A stretch of 64,000 bases of DNA from Macrostomum lignano (taxonomy: Eukaryota). Location: assembly GCA_002269645.1 (NCBI GenBank), contig NIVC01001746.1, positions 1-64,000 of the forward strand, written 5' to 3'. Of this stretch, positions 29,102 to 45,200 are shown piece by piece (the stretch's first letter is position 1; the number at the start of each line of letters is the position of its first letter). Both the position numbers and the translations under genes were made by a program. Under the pieces are notes generated by a model. It was not told the DNA's origin and did no database searches. It saw nothing but the letters and a program-made list of their open reading frames with translations.

Positions 29102-29404
29102 TTTATGGGCCTGTGTAAATGACTGTTAAATGACGTTTTATAATCAATGGTAAGTTTATATGCGCATAAACATGTTTATGGGGCCCGTTTAAAATTATCT
29201 GATAGGTTTGTTTAACGGGCTGTTTGTGGAGCAAAGGCGTCGATTTTTTTGTTACAAAGAGAATTCTGAGAGATTCGTGTAATTCAACTGCTCAGAATCC
29301 ATGCACAACAAATAGAACAAATTGTGGTTGCGCTACTGGCCACAAGTTCTAGAAGTCTATCCATCTACATGTATCTTTCTCTTAAGCGCAGTTGCAAATT
29401 CAGT

Positions 29405-33042
<3,638 letters not shown>

Positions 33043-33501
33043 GCCGGGACGCAGCAGTTTGAGCAGGGACTCGAGCGAAGCGTCGGAGTCTCGCATTGCA
33101 ATTAACAGGCAGATTGATAAATAGATCGAGACTTGACGGGGAGTTCTCGCAATTCCCAAGCTTCTTGCTAAGGGCTAAACTAAGAATGGAGCAGAAGCGA
33201 AACGGGATCTCTTGCCAGCGAGTTAAATTTATAACCTTCAGTTCCTCGGCGATCTGCTCTAGAGATAAGCTCACAGGAATGTACGCCTGCAGACTGGGGT
33301 GGGTGAACTAAGGGATTTCCATTTCCTATTTCCCAGGCTTATTGGTTCTCCTAACGTTCTTTTCTCACTCCACTGAGGCCAAGGACACTTAGAACTGCAA
33401 CCTGGAGCGGAAACTGGTCCCTGCATGAGACCGATATCATCGTGCTTAAACTTCACGCAAGTCAAGTGCTTGAAATTAAATAATCAATTTAACGATGTGA
33501 C

Positions 33502-34826
33502 GTTTAGGTTTTGTGAAAATTAGGTCTTGTGAATTTTAGGTCTTCTGAAGTTTGGGTTTGTGAAGTTTAGGTCTTATGGAATTTAGGTTTTGTGAAGCTT
33601 AGGTCTTGTGAAGTTTAGGTCTTGTGAAGCTTAGGTCTTGTGAAGTTTAGGTCTTGTGAGGTTTAGGTCTTGTGAAGTTTAGTTCTTGTGAGGTTTAGGT
33701 CTCGTGAAGTTTAGGTCTTGTGAAGCTTAGGTCTTGTGAAGTTTAGTTCTTGTGAAGCTTAGGTCTTGTGAAGTTTAGTTCTTGTGAGAGGTTTAGGTCT
33801 CGTGAAGTTTAGGTCTTGTGAAGTTTAGGTCTTGTGAGGTTTAGGTCTTGTGAGGTTTAGGTCTTGTGAGGTTTAGGTCTTGTGAAGTTTAGGTCTTGTG
33901 AGGTTTAGGTCTTGTGAAGTTTAGGTCTTGTGAAGCTTAGGTGTTGTGAGGTTTAGGTCTTGTGAAGCTTAGGTCTTGTGAGGTTTAGGTCTTCTGAAGT
34001 TTGGGTTTGTGAAGTTTAGGTCTTATGGAATTTAGGTTTTGTGAAGCTTAGGTCTTGTGAAGTTTAGGTCTTGTGAAGTTTAGGTCTTATGGAATTTAGG
34101 TTTTGTGAAGCTTAGGTCTTGTGAAATTTAGGTCTTGTGAAGTTTAGGTCTTATGGAATTTAGGTTTTGTGAAGGTTAGGTCTTGTGAAATTTAGGTCTT
34201 GTGAAGTTTAGGTCTTATGGAATTTAGGTTTTGTGAAGCTTAGGTCTTGTGAAATTTAGGTCTTGTGAAGTTTAGGTCTTATGGAATTTAGGTTTTGTGA
34301 AGCTTAGGTCTTGTGAGGTTTAGGTCTTGTGAAGCTTAGGTGTTGTGAGGTTTAGGTCTTGTGAAGCTTAGGTCTTGTGAGGTTTAGGTCTTGTGAAGTT
34401 TAGGTCTTGTGAGGTTTAGGTTTTGTGAAGCTTAGGTCTTGTGAAGTTTAGGTCTTGTGAGGTTTAGGTTTTGTGAAGTTTAGGTCTTGTGAAATTTAGG
34501 TCTTGTGAAGTTTAGGTCTTATGGAATTTAGGTTTTGTGAAGCTTAGGTCTTGTGAAATTTAGGTCTTGTGAAGTTTAGGTCTTATGGAATTTAGGTTTT
34601 GTGAAGCTTAGGTCTTGTGAAATTTAGGTCTTGTGAAGTTTAGGTCTTATGGAATTTAGGTTTTGTGAAGCTTAGGTCTTGTGAAGTTTAGGTCTTGTGA
34701 AGCTTAGGTCTTGTGAGGTTTAGGTCTTGTGAAGTTTAGGTCTTGTGAGGTTTAGGTCTTGTGAAGCTTAGGTCTTGTGAAGTTTAGGTCTTGTGAGGTT
34801 TAGGTTTTGTGAAATTTAGGTCTTGT
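33502..34826. repeat. 16-bp minisatellite GTTTAGGTCTTGTGAA with 64-bp higher-order repeat, upstream of CBF-beta
   Basis: The variant ttatgg recurs at 34023, 34087, 34151, 34215, 34279 and at 34519, 34583, 34647 (64-bp spacing). Confidence 0.97.
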
Positions 34827-35553
34827 CATTGTTCAAATTTGTCCGATTCTTGATTTTTTGTCAAAGAATTTTATTTTCTTTGACTTGGTGGACAGCGTCA
34901 TCAGATTCATGGGGACTTCAGGAAAGTCCTGAAATTTAACAAAATTGGGGAACACGACTTTGCTTGTGGCGCTAAAACTTAATGCTCTATGGCAGAAAAA
35001 TATTAGTTTTTCAAGTTGAAGGCACCATTCCAAATTTCGGTTTTAGTTCACCATGACCAGCCGGATTGGCTCCTCCGATCCGCCCCGCCAACCCCACCCA
35101 AAACCCCGTCCCTGTAAAAGAGTCTTCCCTTCACCGTGGGAATCGCCAAATATGGCAATGAGGCAAAGCCTTCCCTTCGGGCTGTCGGACCGCTCCTTCT
35201 CTCTGGCCTCAGCCTTGCGGCGGATTCCCCCACTCGTCTCTTGTTTGTACCGGAGCTAAAAATAGCCGGGCCAAGAGGAAATCAATGAAATGGGGAGTGG
35301 AAAAGAGCAGGCAAGACTGCGAGGGAAAGGTTAATTTTAGACTCTGGCTAAATATTCCCTCTCTGAGAGGGATTTTTAGAACAGTCTTTGCGAACCCGTC
35401 TCCAAACATTAGTACGCTAATCTTGCATGATGCTGAAAAGGGAAATCGCACTCACAAGCTAAATCCGCTTTTTAAGTACAAGAGTGAATTGCGGGGATAT
35501 ATATAGTCATGGGCAATGAAGCCAGACCAGTTCCAGTGAAAGTAAGGTGATAC

Positions 35554-36687
<1,134 letters not shown>

Positions 36688-37080
36688 GAGTTAGGCTCTG
36701 CTGCAGTACAGACAGGTGAAGATATCCGAGAGCCATTAAAATTACAAAACATTACTCTCACGCAGTCATGAGCGAAGCAACCTATTAATTGGTTTTCCAC
36801 AATGCAACCGTTGAGGCGAATTAAACTCGATCCGATGAATTTTCAATTGTCTAGCGAATTGCTATTAGATGAATCAGATACGAGCCGTAGCACTTAGCTG
36901 GATTGCTCGAGCGCGGCTTTTTGAACGCGATTTGCTTTTTTCGAGTGGATTTGATGCAATTTTATTACGGTTTAAACTAAAATCTGGAGCGAGACAGAGC
37001 AGAAAAAAGCCGGCGAGATTCGGGGTGCTTGTTTGCAAGGTTGCCTGGTAGGTGACTGGTTTCGGCGAGACGGAGATGAA

Positions 37081-37670
37081 GATGGAGAGCGAGGTGGAGA
37101 GGGAGATGGAGAGGGAGATGGAGAGGGAGATGGAGAGGGAGAGGGAGAGGGAGACGGAGAGGGAGAGGGAGAGGGAGAGGGAGAGGGAGACGGAGAGGGA
37201 GAGGGAGAGGGAGATGGAGATGGAGAGGGAGAGGGAGATGGAGAGGGAGAGGGAGATGGAGAGGGAGATGGAGAGGGAGAGGGAGAGGGAGAGGGAGAGG
37301 GAGAGGGAGAGGGAGAGGGAGATGGAGAGGGAGACGGAGAGGGAGAGGGAGAGGGAGATGGAGAGGGAGAGGGAGATGGAGATGGAGAGGGAGAGGGAGA
37401 GGAGAGGAGAGGGAGGGAGAGGAGAGGGAGAGGGAGAGGGAGAGGAGAGGGAGGAGAGAGAGGAGAGGGAGACGGAGAGGGAGAGGGAGAGGGAGATGGA
37501 GAGGGAGAGGGAGAGGAGAGGAGAGGGAGAGGGAGAGGGAGAGGGAGAGGGAGAGGGAGAGGGAGAGGGTGAGGGAGAGGGAGAGGGAGATGGAGAGGGA
37601 GATGGAGAGGGAGAGGGAGAGGGAGAGGGAGAGGGAGAGGGAGAGGGAGAGGGAGAGGGAGAGGGAGATG
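37081..37670. repeat. (GAGAGG)n purine-rich hexamer repeat with GAGATG/GAGACG variants
   Basis: Direct reading; the + strand is almost entirely purine. Confidence 0.97.
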
Positions 37671-38469
37671 TAGATGAAGATAGAGATGGCGAATTAGAGG
37701 GAGTTGGAGAGGGAGACAAAGAGGGGAAGGTTAAAGGAGTCGGAGAAGAAAATAGACAGCGTGACAGCAGGTTTACAGTTATCACACAGGCAGTCAGTAT
37801 GTGAACTCTGTAAACTAACAGTTATAGTTTAGCTAAGATGAAATCAGAAAGAGCAGTTATATTAGTTTGGTTCCAGCCCTGTGGCTCGATGGTCATGACG
37901 CAAGCAGTTTTCAGTTCTATAGATGAGGGGCATCTATCGCATTTTAGCTGCTGCAGCTCATGGCAGGATCAATTTCGGTGATAGTCGAGGCGATCATTAT
38001 GAGTGTCAGATGGCTGTCAGAAGTTAGAATAAGTGATTCAGTACTCAGCATGGGCACTGTGACCTGCGAGTGGAAGTCATCGACACTGATTGATGCTCGA
38101 TTTCCGTTTTTTTAAACAAAAATATTTCCTCCGCGGCATGGATTAATGCTTGGGCCAAAAAATAGCTCAATATGACTTCAATCGTGGCCCCATAAACATT
38201 GCGAGCTTCCAAAAACAAAAAGCTGCGCAGGGCAGTTGTGGGACGATGTCATGTCACCAAAAAGGCTTTGCGCCAGAGCAGAGTGCCCATAACCGTTCTG
38301 CAATTATTGTTATTATTGCTGTTTTTATTCTCTTTTTATTATTTAAAAACTATATATTTGCCTAACTGCACTTGTGGACTAAATTCTGATCTCTAAATCC
38401 TAATGTTAGTTTAAAGCTAGCTATAGCTTTATAAAGGCTTTCGTTCAACTCTCCACCAGGCGCCGGTTA

Positions 38470-38541
38470 GCCGTGATCGTATAGTGGTTAGTACTTCTCG
38501 TTGTGGCCGAGACAACCCAGGTTCGAATCCTGGTCACGGCA
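38470..38541 (+). tRNA. tRNA-His (anticodon GTG), intronless
   Basis: GCCGTGA/TCACGGC acceptor stem; anticodon arm TCTCG-TTGTGGC-CGAGA; T arm CCAGG-TTCGAAT-CCTGG; discriminator A; A- and B-boxes present; CCA not encoded. Confidence 0.97.
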
Positions 38542-38580
38542 AGATGCGGTGACGTCTCTTGCGCGGCATAGGGCGCCATA

Positions 38581-38588
38581 TTTTTTTT
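38581..38588 (+). terminator. RNA polymerase III terminator (T8) of tRNA-His
   Basis: First oligo-T run, 40 nt downstream of the tRNA 3' end. Confidence 0.75.
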
Positions 38589-40327
38589 CAAGTATTCTTC
38601 AATGTTTAATTCCATATTTGCGTTAAATGAGTATAGTATTTAAAAGCCTTTTAAAAATATGGTATAATATGCAAATTTTCTTCTTTTAATTATTGTAAAG
38701 TAAAATAGTATCTTAATGAGTACTTTCGTAATTATTGTGCCGTCAAAAACATTTTCTTTCAATATGACTCCGTGTTGATAAAATTGTATTTATAAAGGTA
38801 GATTGTATGAATTTTGTCATTAAAATTTCTAAAGTTGTTTACACTGTTTACAGATAGCGTAAAGTTCGGATGTAGCAATCAAATTTTATTTTGCCGATAT
38901 GTAGCGTAGAACACTCTGTAAAGCAGTTTTTTTCAATACGAATTGTCAAATCTTCAGGCTAATTCCTTATTTTGTCTTGTTTAAAAAAATAAAGATTTTG
39001 AAATTTTTGATTGATTTAGCACAACTTTCGCTCTGGTTGAAATCAATATTTAATTTCGAAACAACTTACTACTTATGTAAAGTTAATACAAGAAGCTCAT
39101 ATTATATTATAGCTCGATCGTTACTGATCATTATATTTCTTACACAATAAATTACTTTAATTATTAATATCGCAAAAAATTCATCAAAAATGGAAACCGG
39201 TGGACAAAACAAAAAAATTTTAAGACGAAAAAAGTATATCCACTTAGATTTTTTATTAAATAGAATTTTTAACCAAACGCCGATCAATTGCCATGATTTG
39301 TAAAATTATTTTACTATAAGTAGCATAATAGAAATTATTGGAATCGCGGATACTTTGGACAGATTACTAAATAACATTTTTAAGATATCACAACAGAAAT
39401 ATGTGTAAAGGGATAATAAATTTTTAAAAATCCTATTGCGATAATATAGAATATATTGCCATACGCTTTGATTCTAGCCAAGCCAAGGTTTAGTAAAATA
39501 CTGCGTCGAATGGAAACAGCAAGGGCAAGCGATTAAAACATGAGAATTTCCCATCTAATGTAAACTCTCGCAAATAATATCGTATAATGTACCTTACTGA
39601 AAATAAGAAACACAATACCGTTGCTCATCGCAAAAAGAATTTTAAAACCGTACATGCAGGTCACAATTTATCAGAAAAAATTGCATTCAGACAGCGCATT
39701 ATAACTAAAAAATACAAGACAATAAGTTCGCAATATACTACTCTATTATCGAGAGTAGTCAGCACTAGAAGGTGACAATAAAATCGGATGCTCCTTAGAT
39801 ACACGTCAGATACTCATTCGAAACTCGCCTATTAGCTGTGGCTAATTATTGTATGGCATAACAAAATTAGAAACAGAATTTTGTTCCTTAATAATAGGTA
39901 GTAGACAATAAGATCAGACAGATCTAGCTTCCCAGTTCCCGTACAAGGATTTACGAGGATGGCCGATATGTGGTGTAAATCATATTTATTGCTCTACGCT
40001 CGTACAGTACATGAAGGCGAAGAATGTAATTGCCGACTCGAACCAAAATTAGCTAACTAACTTTCTAGAGAAGAAAAGCAAGGGTTTAAAACCATTGCGA
40101 GAGCTCATTACCGTATACTACTACGAGTACATTGGTTCTTTATTTAACTTTTTTAAACATACACTAGGAAAGCTACTGAGTTGGGATCACGAGAGCATCA
40201 TATTTCGTCTTAAGAAAAAGCCTCAAGGCCTCAAAAAAGTATATGTAAATCTAAACAGAACAAGCTTGAGAGCCTTGTACAAGTTTTGAACCGGTAGGTG
40301 CAGTATATCTGAGCGAGATACAATGAC

Positions 40328-41756
40328 AAACCAAGATTGAGAGCCTCAGAGCCATACGCTCGTAGAGATCAAGATTTAGAGCCTCAGAGACCAAGATTGA
40401 GAGCCTCAAAGCCATAGGAAACCAAGATTTAGAGCCTCAGACAAAATTGAGAGACTCAAAGCCATAAGAAATCAAGATTGAGAGCCTCAGAGACAGAAGA
40501 AACCAAGATTGAGAGCCTCAAAGCCATAAGAAATCAAGATTGAGAGCCTCAGAGACAGAAGAAACCAAGATTGAGAGCCTCAAAGCCATAAGAAATCAAG
40601 ATTGAGAGCCTCAGAGACAGAAGAAACCAAGATTGAGAGCCTCAAAGCCATAAGAAATCAAGATTGAGAGCCTCAGAGACAGAAGAAACCAAGATTGAGA
40701 GCCTCAAAGCCATAAGAAATCAAGATTGAGAGGTCAGAGACAGAAGAAACCAAGATTGAGAGCCTCAAAGCCATAAGAAATCAAGATTGAGAGCCCCAAA
40801 GCCATAAGAAATCAAGACTGAGAGCCTCAGAGACAGAAGAAACCAAGATTGAGAGCCTCAAAGCCATAAGAAATCAAGATTGAGAGCCTCAGAGACAGAA
40901 GAAACCAAGATTGTGAGCCTTAAAGCCATAAGAAATCAAGATTGAGAGCCTCAGAGACAGAAGAAACCAAGATTGAGAGCCTCAAAGCCATAAGAAATCA
41001 AGATTGAAAGCCTCAAAGCCATAAGAAATCAAGATTGAGAGCCTCAGAGACAGAAGAAACCAAGATTGTGAGCCTTAAAGCCATAAGAAATCAAGATTGA
41101 GAGCCTCAGAGACAGAAGAAACCAAGATTGTGAGCCTTAAAGCCATAAGAAATCAAGATTGAGAGCCTCAGAGACAGAAGAAACCAAGATTGAGAGCCTC
41201 AAAGCCATAAGAAATCAAGATTGAAAGCCTCAAAGCCATAAGAAATCAAGATTGAGAGCCTCAGAGACAGAAGAAACCAAGATTGTGAGCCTTAAAGCCA
41301 TAAGAAATCAAGATTGAGAGCCTCAGAGACAGAAGAAACCAAGATTGAGAGCCTCAAAGCCATAAGAAATCAAGATTGAAAGCCTCAAAGCCATAAGAAA
41401 TCAAGATTGAGAGCCTCAGAGACAGAAGAAATCAAGATTGAAAGCCTCAAAGCCATAAGAAATCAAGATTGAGAGCCTCAGAGACAGAAGAAACCAAGAT
41501 TGTGAGCCTTAAAGCCATAAGAAATCAAGATTGAGAGCCTCAGAGACAGAAGAAACCAAGATTGAGAGCCTCAAAGCCATAAGAAATCAAGATTGAAAGC
41601 CTCAAAGCCATAAGAAATCAAGATTGAGAGCCTCAGAGACAGAAGAAATCAAGATTGAAAGCCTCAAAGCCATAAGAAATCAAGATTGAGAGTCTCAGAG
41701 ACAGAAGAAATCAAGATTGAGAGCCTCAGAGACAGAAGAAATCAAGATTGAGAGCC
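40328..41756. repeat. 31-bp minisatellite with A/B dimers (62 bp) and a 217-bp higher-order unit
   Basis: A=aagattgagagcctcagagacagaagaaacc, B=aagattgagagcctcaaagccataagaaatc. Marker variants recur at 217-bp offsets. Confidence 0.96.
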
Positions 41757-41828
41757 AAACCCTCGAGCCAAACCCACTCAGAAGTTTTCCGAAGTTCTCA
41801 CGCAACCCGCCAAGAGCAAGCAAAAATT

Positions 41829-42040
41829 TCACAGGTCACTCTGATCAGCCAACGGAATGGGCACGGAGCTCTGACGGCCGATTTCTTGCAGCTGTTGCTG
41901 CCTCGAAGCGGCCGCGACCTCCTCTTCATCCGTGGCCTGCAGACTCGTGGCTTTGGTCAAGCAGCGCCGACGGTCCCAGCTGCGCGACTTGATTACGAAT
42001 GGCGGCCCCTCGCTGGCCTTGCGGTAGCGCGGCACCGTGC
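41829..42040 (-). CDS. Probable terminal exon of the TMEM26-like gene (GTVPRYRKASEG...ADQSDL*)
   Basis: GC3-rich open frame. Phase-1 acceptor (aaaag|GC) matches a phase-1 GTGAGT donor at 42385. The polypyrimidine tract is weak. Confidence 0.45.
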
Positions 42041-42284
42041 CTTTTGTGCGACAGTATGCAAAACACGAATGCAAGTTTTACCCAGCAATACCCAGCGATT
42101 AGAAAGTCAGGGCCGCTGTACAGTGTACACCCTGTATGAGTGCGTGGCTGCGTACAGTATTAACGCGCTTGCATGTGCTCAGGAGCCAGCGGAATGGGCA
42201 GAATCGCCTCAGCACTGGTTGTGGGACAATGTCAACGAGGGCGTTGCCCCAGGGTGTTCAAAACTCCTTTCGAATATTGATCTT

Positions 42285-45200
42285 TTATGCATAACAGAAG
42301 TTCAGCTGGTTAGAAGTAGTCATTCTAGTGTTAAAAACGTCGAATTCTAAGATTAGCGCTCTTAATCCCTGCTCCTGCAACTCACCAGCCGAGTACTTTT
42401 CCTTGACGCTAAACTTGACCACTGTGCTGGCCGTACCGGACTCCGAACCGTTCGACTGCAGAGTTTTCAAGCTGGTGGACGATTTTCGGTTCGCTGGCAG
42501 AGACGGCACCGCAGAGGCAGACGTCGGTTCCGACTTCTCCGACAGGCTACCAGCGATTGACGCGTCGCGGAGCCGACGCGGCCCGGTCAGCTCCCAGATG
42601 CCGTCGTCATCCTCGTCGATGCCGACTCTGCGGATGGCGCCACCGCCGCCGCCGCCACCCTCCTCAGGATCGGAGTCGTCGGACAGCAGCACGTGCGGGC
42701 TGGCCTCACGGAGCGCCTTCCGAGCGCGTCGGATCCGACGAAATCGTTCCCAGTAGACAACGACCAGGCGGTACGTGAGCAGGGTGCACACCAGGGTGTT
42801 CTTCAGCGTGAAGAAGATGTTAGTGTAGCTGGTCGTGTCGTAGTTAATCATCATGAATAGGCGAACAATCAGGTAAGGCAGGTCCTGCGGAGATCGGATA
42901 GAAAATGCGCGAGTCTTCAATAGATGCAGCAGTGAGTCCTCTATGAGCCTCCTTAAGGTTCAAGGTCGTCAATCACTGATGGTCCTGAGGCGGTTAAAGT
43001 CTTCACTTAACCTTCATTAGGCATCACAAAGTGCCTGCACCAAATTTCCTTAATATTTATCAGTCTTCACTCATTTAGCTACATTGGTGAGCCACTGTCC
43101 AACACCAGTAAATACTTTATGGAGTACTAATTATCATGTAGTAAGATCGCATTCACCTGAAGCAGCATAGAAATAGCGATGCCGAAGATCTCCGGCGTAC
43201 AGGTGCAGTAGCTCTCCTCGGCTTCGTTAATCACTGGCGCTTCAACCTCGGAGATTTTCTTGCGCCGCTGGTTGACCCCGCTGAGCAGGCCAGATTGGTC
43301 TTTGCGCGCCCTCTGCGCGGTGATCACGAGCACAAACTGCAGCAGAGACCAGGTCCATATGGTCAGAATGAGCTTAATGAGCATCCGGTCCCGCTTGACC
43401 ACTTCCTCTTTGAATGCTTCGAAGAATTCGACAATATCGGCCGCGGTGCCGATGTACACGAGGAGCAGCTGGGAGAGCTGGTCGTGGGTGAGCTTGCCCT
43501 TAGGCAGCATCCACCGGCCCATGATGAGCAGGAGAAGCAGCAGCTGCTCGAGAATTCGAATTGTCAACTCGAAATCGTGGCTGTCCCAGCTGCCGTCTTT
43601 GTGCATCTGCAACAGGTTGCGCGATGGCTCTGGATTTGGCGCTTTGAGCTGTTTTAAAACCGCATTAGCGACGACTGGTTCCGACGGAAAATGGGTGGAA
43701 CCTGTGATGCAGAGACGTAGAAGGACTTTACAGGAGGCTGATTTTCGCTGCCAAAATGCAATGGCGAGAGAGGAACTTTTCAGTTTTTAGCACTTGCCGG
43801 CAAGTTACCCAATGTCAAACCTTCTGAACCTCCGAATTCCAAACGAAGCATGAGTTTTGTCCCGAGGTGCAGTCTTTAGTGAATTGAGAATTCGATATTG
43901 AGGATGTAGTGCTAAATTAAAACAAAAAACTTCCAACCTCAGCGAAAGCCTCCAATCTCCGTCCTTCTACTTTACCTGTCTTCTTGTTGACGTGTAAGTA
44001 AAAAACTAGCGCTAATGCAAATCAATTTGAGACACGAAAAATCTCTGTGGCATCTGCGGACTATGTGGAGTGTGCTCCAACGTCATAAGATGTCGTTACT
44101 GCATAGAGTAAATTTCTGTGGCTTTGTGCAGAATAAATAAATAAATTGTTGTGCAAATTGACAATAAAGTAATCAACAGGTGCTTTTTAGTAAAATTAGT
44201 GGTGTGTTAACAAGTCTAAATAAATGGTTTAAATCGAAGGAAAAGTGTATGAAAAATGGAGGAAACGATGCATGGCAGTCAGAAGTCAATCAATACCGAT
44301 GAGAAGAGACAGTTTATCATGGCGCAGCCGTGGGCCTGAAAAGTTGGGTACATTTGGGACGTCGAAAAGCTGTTTGAAACGACTCCTATATTCACCGTCC
44401 AGCTCATGTTTCGGCATCGGCGCATTTTAACATGAGCTGAGCTGAGGTGCGAAGTGGGTCGCCATTTTGTCAGTCTCACAGCCTAGTAAGTTTTTACGAT
44501 ACAAACTCCATTCTCCCCCGTCACGCGAAATACATCAAGCTTAGCGTCGCTACATCAAGCTTAGCGTCACTCCATCAAGCTTAGCGTCGCTACATCAACC
44601 TTAGCGTCACTCCATCAAGCTTAGCGTCGCTACATCAAGCTTAGCGTCACTCCATCAAGCTTAGCGTCGCTACATCAAGCTTAGCATCACTTCATCAACC
44701 TTAGCGTCACTCCATCAAGCTTAGCGTCGCTACATTAAGCTTAGCGTCACTCCATCAAGCTTAGCATCGCTTCATCAACCTTAGCGTCACTCGATCAAGC
44801 TTAGCGTCACTCCATCAAGCTTAGCGTCGCTACATCAAGCTTAGCGTCACTCCATCAAGCTTAGCGTCACTCCATCAAGCTTAGCGTCACTCCATCAAGC
44901 TTAGCGTCGCTACATCAAGCTTAGCGTCACTCCATCAAGCTTAGCGTCACTCCATCAAGCTTAGCGTCGCTACATCAAGCTTAACGTCACTCCATCAAGC
45001 TTAGCGTCACTCCATCAAGCTTAGCGTCACTCCATCAAGCTTAGCGTCGCTACATCAAGCTTAGCGTCACTCCATCAAGCTTAGCATCACTTCATCAACC
45101 TTAGCGTCACTCCATCAAGCTTAGCGTCGCTACATCATGCTTAGCGTCACTCCATCAAGCTTAGCGTCACTCCATCAAGCTTAGCGTCGCTACATCAAGC

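Noticed and set aside
37876-37901. tRNA/SINE-like 5' end with A-box-like TGGCTCGATGG
   Set aside because: No B-box or cloverleaf follows.
38590-39480. Very AT-rich block as a foreign or transposon sequence
   Set aside because: No terminal repeats, recognisable ORF or other diagnostic feature; cannot be supported without a search.
40328-41756. Shared 8-mer AGAGACAG between the 31-bp array and the mega-satellite
   Set aside because: Too short, and the surrounding sequence is unrelated; compatible with chance.
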